This document shows, piece by piece, positions 1 through 10,099 of a stretch of 64,000 nucleotides of DNA; positions within the stretch are counted from its first letter, which is position 1, and every line of letters begins with the position of its first letter. Origin of the DNA: Armatimonadota bacterium (GTDB lineage: Bacteria > Armatimonadota > SYMT01); the NCBI GenBank assembly GCA_041690135.1, contig JAWLHY010000006.1, positions 32,001 through 96,000 of the forward strand. Reading direction: 5' to 3'. The translations under genes and the position numbers were made by a program. A model generated the notes under the pieces. That model did not search any database. It saw only the letters and a list, made by a program, of their open reading frames with translations, and was not told the DNA's origin.

Positions 1-2
1 CC

Positions 3-278
3 AACGATGACCGGGGGGACGCGGCGGAGCTTCCGAGCTACATCCTCGACTTCTTCGGCGGGGAACTGGACGAGTTCGGGACCTTGAGACTTCCGGAGAA
101 GTATGTGCAGTTCGCGGACCTCAAGTTATTGCCCAACGTAGAGTGGCGCTTCTGCGAGCTTGACCATCCTGTAACGTGGGGGGTCTTCTACTTCGAACTG
201 CCCGACGGGGTTGCCCCGACCGCCAAAGGTGCGGTGGAGCCCCTGGACGACGTAGAAGAGGGTATCTGCGACTTCTAG
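3..278 (+). CDS. hypothetical acidic protein, 5' truncated by window edge
   Basis: Frame 3 is open from the window start (NDDRGDAAELPSYILDFFGGELDEFGTLRLPEKY...) to TAG at 276-278; no family recognised. Confidence 0.55.
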   Translation, partial: NDDRGDAAELPSYILDFFGGELDEFGTLRLPEKYVQFADLKLLPNVEWRFCELDHPVTWGVFYFELPDGVAPTAKGAVEPLDDVEEGICDF

Positions 279-694
279 GAAACTCCCACTCGATCCGCTG
301 CGGCCTGGCAATGCGGCTCACGAAGATGGCTTGCCGCCCATCAAGCTCGGCACCTAAAGGATCTCGAAGCCACTTTTGGAGAACGACGATGTGAGCCACG
401 CCGGACGGAAGCGATGTGGGGTGTGTGTCACGGAGACGAACACGGTAGGAGTGTCACGCATGGCGTCCGTACACCAGTAGGGGCAAACGACCCAGGCCGG
501 ACTCGCGAACCACAATGGGCAGGTCGTGGCCCGTCCCACGGGACTGCCCGGCGCGGACCACGTAGCCCGCGTACGTCCTCCACTGCACGTGCTGCGGCCA
601 CACGTATGGCGCAACCGGCTCGGACTTTCACCAGCACAAGTGCCCGCACTGTCAGGCCGTCGCCACGGCTTGCCGTGCTGATTTCCGGGACGGG

Positions 695-1315
695 TTGAGG
701 AACTGGAGGGTGAGAGATTACCTGAACAACGCCGAGGACCGGCTGCACCGCTACTTCGGTGCGGGCGGATGGGAACTGTACGACGGCCTGCCCGTCGCGC
801 AGAACTCGACCCTGACTGTCGCGGACCTACTCGCGTCGGTTGCCCTCAACTCCGGCCTCGATACGCGACGGCAGGTCTGGGAGGTGTGGATCGCCCGACA
901 GCCCATTGAACGGGTACTGGACAGGATTCCGTTGGAGGCTTCCCTGAAAGACGCAGACGTTCCGTGGGACGACCTGCGGGATCTGATGGACGTCTGCTGT
1001 GCGACTCGCAATTTGCTGTGGCCGGTGGCAACGAAGATCCTTCACAAGAAACGCCCGGCTCTTATTCCTGTATACGACCGGCACATGTGGACCTTCTACA
1101 AGCCCCAGGTGCCCCGCCAGCGGAGCTGGAGCGATTGGGACGGCCGCTGGTGGGTCGCGTGCCTGAAGGTCTTCCGCGAGCACCTGCTGGAGCACCGCTC
1201 GGAGATCCACGGCCTCTGCGAATTGTTGGCCCGCAACGGATGGCATGTCACACCGGTACGGGTGCTGGAAGTGCTGATCTGGATGGCACACGAGCCGACT
1301 GGCGAGTACCGGTGA
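695..1315 (+). CDS. DUF6308-like (HhH-glycosylase-like) protein
   Basis: Motifs ATKILHKKRPALIPVYD and C-terminal VRVLEVLIWM resemble DUF6308; start could be GTG 710. Confidence 0.7.
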   Translation: MRNWRVRDYLNNAEDRLHRYFGAGGWELYDGLPVAQNSTLTVADLLASVALNSGLDTRRQVWEVWIARQPIERVLDRIPLEASLKDADVPWDDLRDLMDVCCATRNLLWPVATKILHKKRPALIPVYDRHMWTFYKPQVPRQRSWSDWDGRWWVACLKVFREHLLEHRSEIHGLCELLARNGWHVTPVRVLEVLIWMAHEPTGEYR

Positions 1316-1438
1316 CAGCCGAAGAGGGGTGACGATGGCGACCAATAATGTTCCAGGTAGACGAACCGGCAACATCTGCTCCGTTCAGGGTCGAGACGGC
1401 GATTACTATCTCCTGAAGAAGGGCAAAAAAACAGCCGC

Positions 1439-2101
1439 GTGGCAAATATCGGGGAGGATGGGGAGCCGAGCGAGTGGGCGGATCTTGTTCCTACTACCGA
1501 CGTGCATGCAATCCGTAGCGCTTCCGGCACACAAGAGGTTGCCTGCCCACCTAATGGCCGTCAGGGAGTCGAGACGGGACGGTTGGGGAACTGGTTAACC
1601 GCACTAGTCCGGGAGAGGGGTTCCGACCTCTGTGTCTACTACGACCATGGCGACAAGAGCACAGGTGACCGCATCTGCGAACCCAAGGGCTTCATCGGAA
1701 CGAGTGTGACCAACGCGAACCGCATCAAGGGGATCGACCTGCTGGTCGCCACCTCCGGCGGGGTTGCACGTGTGCTCGTGGAGATCGAGGAGCGCCCAGT
1801 TTCTCCGTCGAAAGTCATAGGCGACGCGTGGGCCATTCTCATGTCTACTGGGTTCGCGGTTCTTGATGGGCGGCACCAGCGATACGTCCGGCCCGATGCG
1901 CACACCGTTCTGATCGTAGCCGGAGTGGTGCCCGACGGAGGGGATCGGCTGGAGAAGATCAAGCTCATCGAGGACAGAATCCAGCAAGGGACTGGCTATC
2001 CATTCTGCGTCCTAGCTGGAAACGTAGAACTCATCTTCGAGAGCCAGCTTCCGACCACGCTGGCTCGTGTTCAGGATCGTCTACGCGAACTCACCGGTTA
2101 A
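1439..2101 (+). CDS. putative PD-(D/E)XK-fold nuclease-like protein (possibly frameshifted, true start 1335)
   Basis: IDLLVATSGGVARVLVEIEE gives a D...E-x-E strand pattern. The upstream ATG 1335 has an RBS and joins this frame with one extra A in the A7 run at 1425-1431. Confidence 0.5.
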   Translation: MANIGEDGEPSEWADLVPTTDVHAIRSASGTQEVACPPNGRQGVETGRLGNWLTALVRERGSDLCVYYDHGDKSTGDRICEPKGFIGTSVTNANRIKGIDLLVATSGGVARVLVEIEERPVSPSKVIGDAWAILMSTGFAVLDGRHQRYVRPDAHTVLIVAGVVPDGGDRLEKIKLIEDRIQQGTGYPFCVLAGNVELIFESQLPTTLARVQDRLRELTG

Positions 2102-2334
2102 CCGCTCTGAACCGCAGTGAAATAGCTCCTTTCGATAGCAGTGGACCTGCGGCTCCGAACGCTCTCCAACCCACTATTCGCGGCTATCGTAACTTCGTCC
2201 CGTCGGCGGGCGAAGCCTGCAGGTGCGCCTCGGCTAGATCCTACGCCGCCAAGTCCGGGATGCCGCCCCACAGTGGTGATATGCGCCATACGGAGACACA
2301 CAGCACCACCACGGGGCGGGGGTCGCCGTACGGA

Positions 2335-2829
2335 TCAGCGCAGATTCATCCGGTCGCCGGGTGAGGCCCGCCGATGTGCCGCTTCCGCGTCGGTCTGGGT
2401 GATGAGCACGTACCGGCGCAGGATCTCCAGGCTCTCGTGCCCCATCAGGACCTGCAACTCGTAGACGTTCCCTCCGGCCCGCAAGAACTCAATGGCGAAG
2501 GTGTGGCGGAACGTGTGAGGTGAGCAGCGCACGCCCTGGACTCCGGCCACCTGTCCGAGCTTGCGGATCACCTGTGTGAATCCCGAACGGGTCATGGCCT
2601 CCCCGGAACGAGTGCCACCTTCCGCCAGGAAGAGCGGCTCCTCGGGCTTTGCGCCCCGGCGCTGGACCTCCAGGTATCGTCGGACCGCCCGCCGCGCATC
2701 CCGACCCAGATAGACCCGACGCCGCTTCCCACCCTTGCCGGTGACCGTGATCTCTCCGGTGCCACTCTCCACGTCCGCAATCCGCAAGGAGCCCACCTCG
2801 CTGATGCGGAGACCGCTGTCCAGGAACAT
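2335..2829 (-). pseudogene. truncated tyrosine integrase (catalytic domain only)
   Basis: 2335-2825 matches 15511-16001 with about 14 mismatches in 491 bp by manual count. Retains GLRISE, HTFRH, MGH and RRY; core-binding domain absent. Confidence 0.85.
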
Positions 2830-3203
2830 CCTGACCACGGCACAATTGCCCCCAATCATTGGCAGAAGCAACCGACACCTTCCAGTGCATGAGTCACTCC
2901 ACCGAACTCCACTCACGCACAGCACCCGCTGGGAATGCGCCATCCGAAGCAAGTTTCACACAGAGGAGAAGCAGTCCCACCTACATAATTAGGTAAACGG
3001 TAGGTTGGCTGATGACACAGCGGGTTAGCAGGGAACTCCGGCAATTGGATAGACGCTTTTCCTCGTGCCTGAAAGTCCATCCCAAGCGCCCTCACCGAGC
3101 CCAGCGTCGGAAAGGCGGTTTCAGCTCTGCAGCAGCGGAGGCACGCGCCATCGGGAGTGACGCACTGACAGCCCCCCGGACAACAGGAGGTAAGGGATAG
3201 GCG

Positions 3204-3647
3204 ATGCATAGCAATTACGTTTTCACTGACGAAGACCAAATCTACCCCGTTTACTGCCCACAATGTCGGTGCCACATTCCCAAGGCAGTCTCGCTGGCCC
3301 AAAGATCTTGCGATGATTGTTTGCAGAGACAGCAGCAGGCACAACAGATACAGGCCGCAGCGCAGGCACAGGCACAGATTGTCCACCAGCAGGCGCTTCA
3401 ACAGACCCATCAGCAGGTCTACAATGTTGACACGGGCGTCGGACCTTGCCCTGTATGCCACAGTAGAAATGTACATCAGTTCACGCAGGGGAATGGGGGT
3501 GGACTGATGGCCTCCTGCATGCTCGGGGGCGTCCTCGGAATGCTCTGCTGCTGGCCTGCACTACTAATCCTTCCGCTCCTTCCCGCCCTTGGCAGAAGTT
3601 CCACGCATCGGCATTGCAATAGCTGTGGGCATCGCTGGCAGGTTTAG
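3204..3647 (+). CDS. zinc-finger / Gln-rich / LITAF-like membrane-associated zinc-ribbon protein
   Basis: CPQC..CDDC, Q/A-rich linker, then CPVC - hydrophobic segment with LCCWP - HRHCNSC; AGGAGG upstream. Confidence 0.75.
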   Translation: MHSNYVFTDEDQIYPVYCPQCRCHIPKAVSLAQRSCDDCLQRQQQAQQIQAAAQAQAQIVHQQALQQTHQQVYNVDTGVGPCPVCHSRNVHQFTQGNGGGLMASCMLGGVLGMLCCWPALLILPLLPALGRSSTHRHCNSCGHRWQV

Positions 3648-4123
3648 AGGTGAACCCCGATCCCCTTTGTTGCCAGAAGGATGACCAATCGACTAACCAG
3701 CGAGGTAGTTGTAGGCAAGGGGTCGCTCGCTGTGCTTCGCCGAAACCTCGCATCCAGGACTGAAGCTCGGGTTGAGCAAAACTGCTCGCTTTCCGAGCAG
3801 TTTCAAATGCTGCGCAATTCAGCGCTCTGTTCGGGGTGAGTGCTCTCGGCACCAATGTGGCTACGAATGGGGCTGGGCCGACGCCTGGCTTCGGGCATAT
3901 GCACTTGTAGAGGGCGGGCTGTACCCGAAGTACCCGGTTCCCCGACCAGCATGCCGCCTTGTGGCAGTCGGAAGCGGGTTTCTTCTGCTCACAGGTTTGC
4001 TCTCGGACCTGTGAGCAGTGGGTAAGCCGTGACGGGACCTAAAAGTAACAGAATACTCTTTCCAGGCACGAATGGGAGCCTCATTGGGAGCGGCCGTGCG
4101 TGAACGGCATGCTCATCCACGCA

Positions 4124-4173
4124 CTCAAAAACCGGTTCCGAAAGGAGTGCGGGTTCGACGCCCGCCTTCGGCA
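4124..4173 (+). mobile_element. att site: 3' half of tRNA-Leu(CAA) starting at the anticodon loop
   Basis: CTCAAAA loop, ACCGG, variable arm TTCC-GAAA-GGAG, T-arm GCGGG-TTCGACG-CCCGC, acceptor strand CTTCGGC-A. No complementary 5' half upstream. Confidence 0.8.
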
Positions 4174-4228
4174 TCTCCGACAGGGCTCACCGCGATGACG
4201 CGAAGTCTCGCAGAGGGCCGCAAAGAAG

Positions 4229-4274
4229 AATGAAGAGGGGCTCCCCGGTGATGCGGGGGGGCCCTTCATTTTTT
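4229..4274 (+). terminator. intrinsic terminator downstream of the tRNA-Leu fragment
   Basis: GC-rich hairpin (GGGCTCCCCG / CGGGGGGGCCC) followed by a T-tract. Confidence 0.65.
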
Positions 4275-4369
4275 GCTTTTGGCGTCAGGATTTCACGCCG
4301 ATTGAGGGGAGCGAACTGCACACTATGCGAACAGTTTCCGGAATGTTCTTGCGGCGCGGAGTTGCGGGA

Positions 4370-4750
4370 CTAGTTTTCGTAAGCAGCACCGGTCGCGGCA
4401 GGATGACGCGGGGCGGACCGCTGGTAATCGTAACAGTAGACCTGCCCTCCGAACCGTTGTGGGCGCTGGGCACAGTAGGCGCGGACCTTCTCGGACAGGT
4501 TCTTCCTGCACGTCGCACACCGGGCGGAGTCGTATGTCGGAGCGACCCAAGCCACCGGTGCCGCCAGGAAGCGCAGGAGATGGCCCAGAAGCCGCTGTAG
4601 GGGCCAGGAGCGCCGTCGAGTCTACCCCCTACGAATAGAGAGGGCGACCACCAGACGGTTCCTGTCCCAGAGCGTGACCCCATTCGCCTCCGCCAGCGTT
4701 GCCGCCTTCCGGGTGAACAGGATTACTGCATGGGCAACCGCCTTCTCCAT
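4370..4750 (-). pseudogene. remnant of Mrr-like restriction endonuclease with C-terminal zinc ribbon
   Basis: FTRKAATLAEANGVTLWDRNRL (Mrr_cat C-terminus-like), in-frame TAG at 4622-4624, then CATC..SEKVRAYC..RFGGQVYCYDYQ in the same frame. Catalytic N-terminal part not found. Confidence 0.6.
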
Positions 4751-5402
4751 CCTCGATTGGTCGGCAACCGGGGAATGGTCCCTGCGTTCTGTCCAATGGC
4801 GGTGCTCGCCTCCGGTTCCGCTGCTGCCGTTGCGCACTCCCGGATCGGCGTTACTACCTGGGAAGCGCCTCATGTTCATCGGCGTGTACGGACAGTGCCT
4901 GGGATGAGCCCGGTATCAAAGGCGGCAGGGATAGCCTCGCGTGTGGTGAGGGCGATACGTCCATGCCATGCGCAAAGCCCTGGGTGATACAGAGGTGACA
5001 GGCACCCCCTAATTTCTGTGTATGGAAGGCAAGCGAGCCGTTGACTGCACCGATACAGGTAAGTAGCCGCTATCAGGAATTTTTCGAGAATCAGGTCTCC
5101 CGCACCGGACATGCACCTGGGCAACGAGTAAGGGTCGCTTTGCTCTATGCCAGCGCCGAATTTCGGAACCGAGAAGGGTCGGGGATGCTGCACCGGCTCT
5201 TGGGTGCGGTGTGCCGGAACCGAAGATCCTGTTTGAGGTTCCAATAATGGGGTGGGCGTGCGCCCGAAGTTCCCTTACGCCTTGCAAACGCGGACTACGG
5301 CGCGGCTGATTGGAAGGCTGGGCACAGGTTATGGACGCTGCCCCAGCGGCCTGTTAAGATCAGACACCCTCCACCCCTTGTAGGCAGTTGCGCAAATCAC
5401 GT

Positions 5403-8400
5403 ATGTCGGATGAGGATCTGGACCCCGTAATGACTTGTGACCGTGCGAGCGTCCTCCTGGTCGATGATCGTCCCGAGAACCTCCTGACGCTGGAGGCCGC
5501 GCTCTCCGACCTGGATGTAGACCTGGTTCGCGCCACTTCCGGTCCCGAGGCGCTGAAGCAGGTCCTGGACCGGCAATTTGCGGTGGTCCTGCTCGACGTG
5601 CAAATGCCCGAGATGGACGGCTTCGAGACGGCGCGACTCATCCGGCAGCGGGAGCGGAGCCGCGACACCCCTATCATCTTCCTGACCGCCGACGAGCGTG
5701 CCCCCACCCAGGTGTTTGACGTCTACGCGGCGGGAGCCGTGGACTTTCTCGTCAAGCCCGTGGTACCGCAAATCCTCAAGGCCAAGGTCTCCACCTTCGT
5801 AGCACTCCACCGGCAGGCGCTGGCCCTCCAGGCTGAAGTGCGGCAGCGCGTACAGGCCGAGCAGGCGCTTCGTGCGGCCGCTCAACAGCGGGAACAAGCC
5901 GAGGCGGAGGTCCGACGCCTGAACCAGGAACTGGAAGCCCGGGTCACCCGCCGCACAGCGGAACTCCAGCGGGTGCGGGACCGCCTGCATTTCCTGGCGG
6001 AAGCCAGCGCCCTCCTCGGGTCCTCTCTGGACTACGAAGTGACCCTCCAGAACGTGGCCCGGTTGGCGGTATCCTGCTGCGCAGATTTCTGCGTAATCGA
6101 CGTGCTCGAACACGACGGACTCCTTCGCCGGGTGGCAGTGGCCCACGCAGACCCCGTACAGGAGGAGCAGTTCGGGCCACTGCTGCGGCAGCACACCCCC
6201 AACCGTGATCGGGGCATGATTGCAGAAGCGCTGCGGGAAGGCCGGTCCTTCCTGGTGCCGGAAGTGACGGAAGCCTGGATGGAGGCCGTAGCGACCAGTG
6301 AAGCCCACCGGGGACTCATGCAGGACCTCGGGGTTCGCTCGGTGATGTTGGTCCCCCTCCAGGCTCGTGGCCGCACCCTGGGCCTGCTCGTCTTCGGATC
6401 TACCGAAGAGGGGCACCGCTATGGCACAGAAGATCTGGCCGTCGCGGAGGCCCTGGCCCACCGGGCGGGCTTGGCGCTCGACAATGCCCGGCTGTACCAG
6501 GAGGCGCGGACCAGTGGGGAACGGCTGCTCCGCTTGACGGAAGCCTCGGCCACGCTCCTGCCGGGCGGGGAGGGGCGATCAATCGTGTCCGCCGTGCTCG
6601 ACCTGGCACAGCGTCTGATCCCGGCCGATGCCTTGGCCCTCTGGAGGCAAGAAGAGCCGCACGGCTGGACGATGGTGGCGCAGGCCAACCTTTCGGCAGG
6701 CTGCCCGGCCGCACTTTCACCCAGCGCAGATCGGCTGTCTGCGGAAGCGGTTTGCATCGAAGATGTGGAAGCCTGGTCCGGCCCGGAAGAGCGGCGCGAA
6801 GCCTACCGCGCTGAAGGTATCCGCTCCCTGCTCCATACTCCGCTCCGCCTGCACGGGGAACTTACCGGCACCCTCACTTTTTACTACCGGAGACCGTACC
6901 CCTTCGAGGAAGGGGAGGTGCGCGTGGCGACCGCCCTCGCCAACCTGGCGGCTTCCGCGATTACTACCGGCGAACTGTACACCGAACAGCGCCGGATGCG
7001 GAACGCGGCGGAGGCCGCGCAGGAGCAACTGCGGTTTCTGGCGGAAGCCAGCACGGTGCTCGCCTCTTCTCTCGACTACCGGACCACTCTGGAGCACGTA
7101 GCCCAACTCGCGGTGCAAAGCCTGGCCGACTGGTGCACCGTGCACCTCGTGGAAGAGGACGGGAATGTGCGGCAGGTCGCCCTAGCCCACGTGGACCCCG
7201 AGAAGGTGAAGTGGGGCCGAGCGCTCGGAGAGCTTTACCCTTACGATCCCGACCAGCCCCGAGGGGTGGCGCACGTATTGCGATCCGGGCAGACCGAAAT
7301 CTACCCGGAGATCACCGACGACTTGCTAGTGCAGACGGCACGAGACCCGGAGCACCTGGAACTACTGCGGAAGGTCGGCTTTACCTCCTGTGTGATCGCG
7401 CCCCTCCGAATCAGGGATCAGGTGCTGGGAGCCATCAGCTTCATCGCTTCCGAATCCGGCAAGCGCTACGATGCCGCCGGAGTGGCGCTCGCGGAAGACC
7501 TGGCGCGGCGGGCGGCCACGGCCATTGACCATGCCCGCCTCTTCCGCCAGGCGGAGGAGGCACTCCGCCAGCGCGAGGAGACGCTGGCACTCTTGGACAC
7601 CCTGTTCGCTTCGGCTCCGGTGGCCCTGGCCTTCCTCGACACAGACCTCCGCTATGTGCGGGTCAATGAAGCCCTCGCGGGCATGCATGGGAAGCGCCCG
7701 GAGGAGATCGTGGGCCGCACCCTTCACGAGATGGTGCCCACCATGGCTGCGATGTTGGAGCCCCTCTACCGGCGCGTCATGGAAAGCGGAGCGCCGCTGC
7801 TGAACCTGGAGGTGAGCGGAGAAACCTCCGCCGCGCCCGGCGAGCAATGCCACTGGCTGGTGAACTATTACCCCGTGCGCAATCCGCAGGGGCAGGTGCT
7901 CGGCGTAGGGGCTGCGGCGGTGGAAATGACGGACCGCATCCGGGTGAGGCAAGCCCTGCAAGCCAGTGAGGCGCGGCTGGGCGGCATCATCGGCTCGGCG
8001 ATGGACGCCATCATTACCGTGGACGCAAGGCATCGGATTACGCTCTTCAACGCGGCGGCGGAGCGAATGTTCCGGTGTTCGGCCGCCTCTGCCCTGGGGG
8101 AGCCGGTGGAACGGTTCATTCCCGAGCGGTTCCGCCGGATGCACGCCGGACACGTGATGGCATTCGAGGAAAAGGGGGAGACGAGCCGCTCCCTCCGGTC
8201 GCTGGGCACGCTCACGGCACTCCGGGCGGATGGCGAGGAGTTCCCTATCGAGGCCGCCATTTCGCAGGTGGAAGTCGGTGGGGAGCGGTTCTTCACGGTT
8301 ATTCTGCGGGACGTGACGGACCGCCTGGCGTTGGAAGCGGAGCTTCGCGAGCGCGTGAAGGACCTCGCGCTGGCCGCACAGCGCAAGGATGAGTTCCTGG

Positions 8401-9482
8401 CCATGCTCGCGCACGAACTGCGGAACCCGCTGGGAGCCATCAGCAACGCCCTGCATGTGATCCAACAGCCCCACGCTCCGGAGGCGGCCCGCCAACGCGC
8501 CCTCCAGGTGTTCCAACGGCAGATCGGGCACCAGAGCCGCATGGTGGACGACCTGCTGGACGTGTCACGGCTCACGCGGGGCCTGGTGGAGATTAGGTCG
8601 GAGCGACTGGATCTGGTCTCCCTCGTCCGGGACACGGCCGAGGACTATCGGGAGAGCCTGGACCGGGAAGGACTCGGCTTCTCCCTGGACCTGCCGGTAC
8701 GGACGCTGTGGGTCGAAGGTGACCCGACCCGTCTCTCCCAGGTGCTGGGCAATCTGATGAGTAACGCCATGAAATTCACCCAGACGGGCGGGCACGTGGC
8801 CGTCTCGGTGGAGGAGGACCGAGAAGCGGATCGGGTAACCGTGCGGGTGCGAGACACCGGAGAGGGGCTTACGGCCGACTTCCTGCCCTACGCTTTCGCT
8901 GCGTTCGCCCAGGCCGACCGCAGTCTTGCCCGCAGCCGGGGGGGGTTGGGGTTGGGCCTGGCTATCGTGAAGGGCCTGATTGAACTCCACGGAGGTGAGG
9001 TTGGCGTTTCCAGCGCGGGGCCTGGCTGCGGGGCGGAGTTCTGGTTTTCCCTGCCGCTGGTGAGCCGGGGTATCGACCTTCCCCCCGCCCGCCTCACAGC
9101 CTCACCCGGAGGCGGGCTCCGCATTCTGGTCGTGGAGGACAATCGGGATGCGGCGGAAACTCTCCGGGACCTGCTGGAGATGTATGGGTATGCAGTGGAG
9201 ATCGCGCTTACAGGGCACGCCGGTCTGCAACTTGCCCGAGAGTGGCAGCCGGACGTGGTGCTGTGCGATATCGGTCTCCCCGGAATGGACGGGCATGAGG
9301 TCGCCAGAAGCCTGCGGCAGGCCGGAAACCCACCGCTCCGGCGGCTCATCGCCGTGACCGGTTACGGGGGCGCGGAAGACCAGGTGCGTTCACGCGAGGC
9401 CGGGTTCGACCACCACCTGGTCAAGCCGCTGAACCCCGAAGAGTTGAAGCAGGTGCTCGATAACGTTGCCGTGGATGGCTGA
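5403..9482 (+). CDS. hybrid sensor histidine kinase REC-GAF-GAF-GAF-PAS-PAS-HisKA-HATPase-REC
   Basis: N-terminal LLDVQMPEMDG, three GAF-like repeats, two PAS, LAHELRNPL H-box, GGLGLGL G-box, C-terminal LCDIGLPGMDG. Confidence 0.95.
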   Translation: MSDEDLDPVMTCDRASVLLVDDRPENLLTLEAALSDLDVDLVRATSGPEALKQVLDRQFAVVLLDVQMPEMDGFETARLIRQRERSRDTPIIFLTADERAPTQVFDVYAAGAVDFLVKPVVPQILKAKVSTFVALHRQALALQAEVRQRVQAEQALRAAAQQREQAEAEVRRLNQELEARVTRRTAELQRVRDRLHFLAEASALLGSSLDYEVTLQNVARLAVSCCADFCVIDVLEHDGLLRRVAVAHADPVQEEQFGPLLRQHTPNRDRGMIAEALREGRSFLVPEVTEAWMEAVATSEAHRGLMQDLGVRSVMLVPLQARGRTLGLLVFGSTEEGHRYGTEDLAVAEALAHRAGLALDNARLYQEARTSGERLLRLTEASATLLPGGEGRSIVSAVLDLAQRLIPADALALWRQEEPHGWTMVAQANLSAGCPAALSPSADRLSAEAVCIEDVEAWSGPEERREAYRAEGIRSLLHTPLRLHGELTGTLTFYYRRPYPFEEGEVRVATALANLAASAITTGELYTEQRRMRNAAEAAQEQLRFLAEASTVLASSLDYRTTLEHVAQLAVQSLADWCTVHLVEEDGNVRQVALAHVDPEKVKWGRALGELYPYDPDQPRGVAHVLRSGQTEIYPEITDDLLVQTARDPEHLELLRKVGFTSCVIAPLRIRDQVLGAISFIASESGKRYDAAGVALAEDLARRAATAIDHARLFRQAEEALRQREETLALLDTLFASAPVALAFLDTDLRYVRVNEALAGMHGKRPEEIVGRTLHEMVPTMAAMLEPLYRRVMESGAPLLNLEVSGETSAAPGEQCHWLVNYYPVRNPQGQVLGVGAAAVEMTDRIRVRQALQASEARLGGIIGSAMDAIITVDARHRITLFNAAAERMFRCSAASALGEPVERFIPERFRRMHAGHVMAFEEKGETSRSLRSLGTLTALRADGEEFPIEAAISQVEVGGERFFTVILRDVTDRLALEAELRERVKDLALAAQRKDEFLAMLAHELRNPLGAISNALHVIQQPHAPEAARQRALQVFQRQIGHQSRMVDDLLDVSRLTRGLVEIRSERLDLVSLVRDTAEDYRESLDREGLGFSLDLPVRTLWVEGDPTRLSQVLGNLMSNAMKFTQTGGHVAVSVEEDREADRVTVRVRDTGEGLTADFLPYAFAAFAQADRSLARSRGGLGLGLAIVKGLIELHGGEVGVSSAGPGCGAEFWFSLPLVSRGIDLPPARLTASPGGGLRILVVEDNRDAAETLRDLLEMYGYAVEIALTGHAGLQLAREWQPDVVLCDIGLPGMDGHEVARSLRQAGNPPLRRLIAVTGYGGAEDQVRSREAGFDHHLVKPLNPEELKQVLDNVAVDG

Positions 9483-9759
9483 TGCGCTGGTAGCCTCACC
9501 TCACGTTGGCCGCGTGGCACTTCGGCATCCTCACGAATGCCCCCTGTGGCTTTGGGCAAGGCCATCCCGACTACTATAAAGGTCACTCGCACTGCGGAAT
9601 GAGGACCGGAGCTTCTCGCCCCTTACGCCTCCGGTTGCAAGACCCGAGAGTACGCCCTTGCCAGCGCGTCTCTTCTCGTAAAGCCTGGTGGCTACGTTTA
9701 TGCGGTGGGTGGGCCTGGGAACTAACGAGCGAGCTAGGCTGGGCTGGGGAACCGGCACG

Positions 9760-10065
9760 ATGGGAATGAAACACGAACTTCAGACCGAGAGTGCGGCTGG
9801 TGCGGATGCATTCGATCCAGAGTATGCTTCGGCCGCGATTCCCGACGCCGAGCGACATTTCCTACTGCTGACCCTCGCCGACGCTCGGCAGCGGGCCGAG
9901 GAAGGCCAGACCTTCTGGGGCTATGCGCTGCTCATTCGGGGCCTGATCCGCGCCGAGAAGGCGCTGCTCGAAGAGCATGTGTGGGCCGGTGAATTGATGC
10001 GGTACTGGCGCAGTGCCATCAGAGACTACTGTGCCCGGCACGACACTGGCGAGGCGGAAGAATAG
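9760..10065 (+). CDS. small three-helix protein, unrecognised paralogue family (copy A)
   Basis: Aligns without gaps over 68 aa to 60833-61153 (23/68 identical by hand) and to 14584-14850. Confidence 0.75.
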   Translation: MGMKHELQTESAAGADAFDPEYASAAIPDAERHFLLLTLADARQRAEEGQTFWGYALLIRGLIRAEKALLEEHVWAGELMRYWRSAIRDYCARHDTGEAEE

Positions 10066-10099
10066 GCACCGCAACCGGTGGTGAGGCCACCGCGCACGG

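Noticed and set aside
4081-4173. Intact tRNA-Leu gene
   Set aside because: No 5' acceptor strand, D-arm or 5' anticodon-stem strand; only the 3' half is present.
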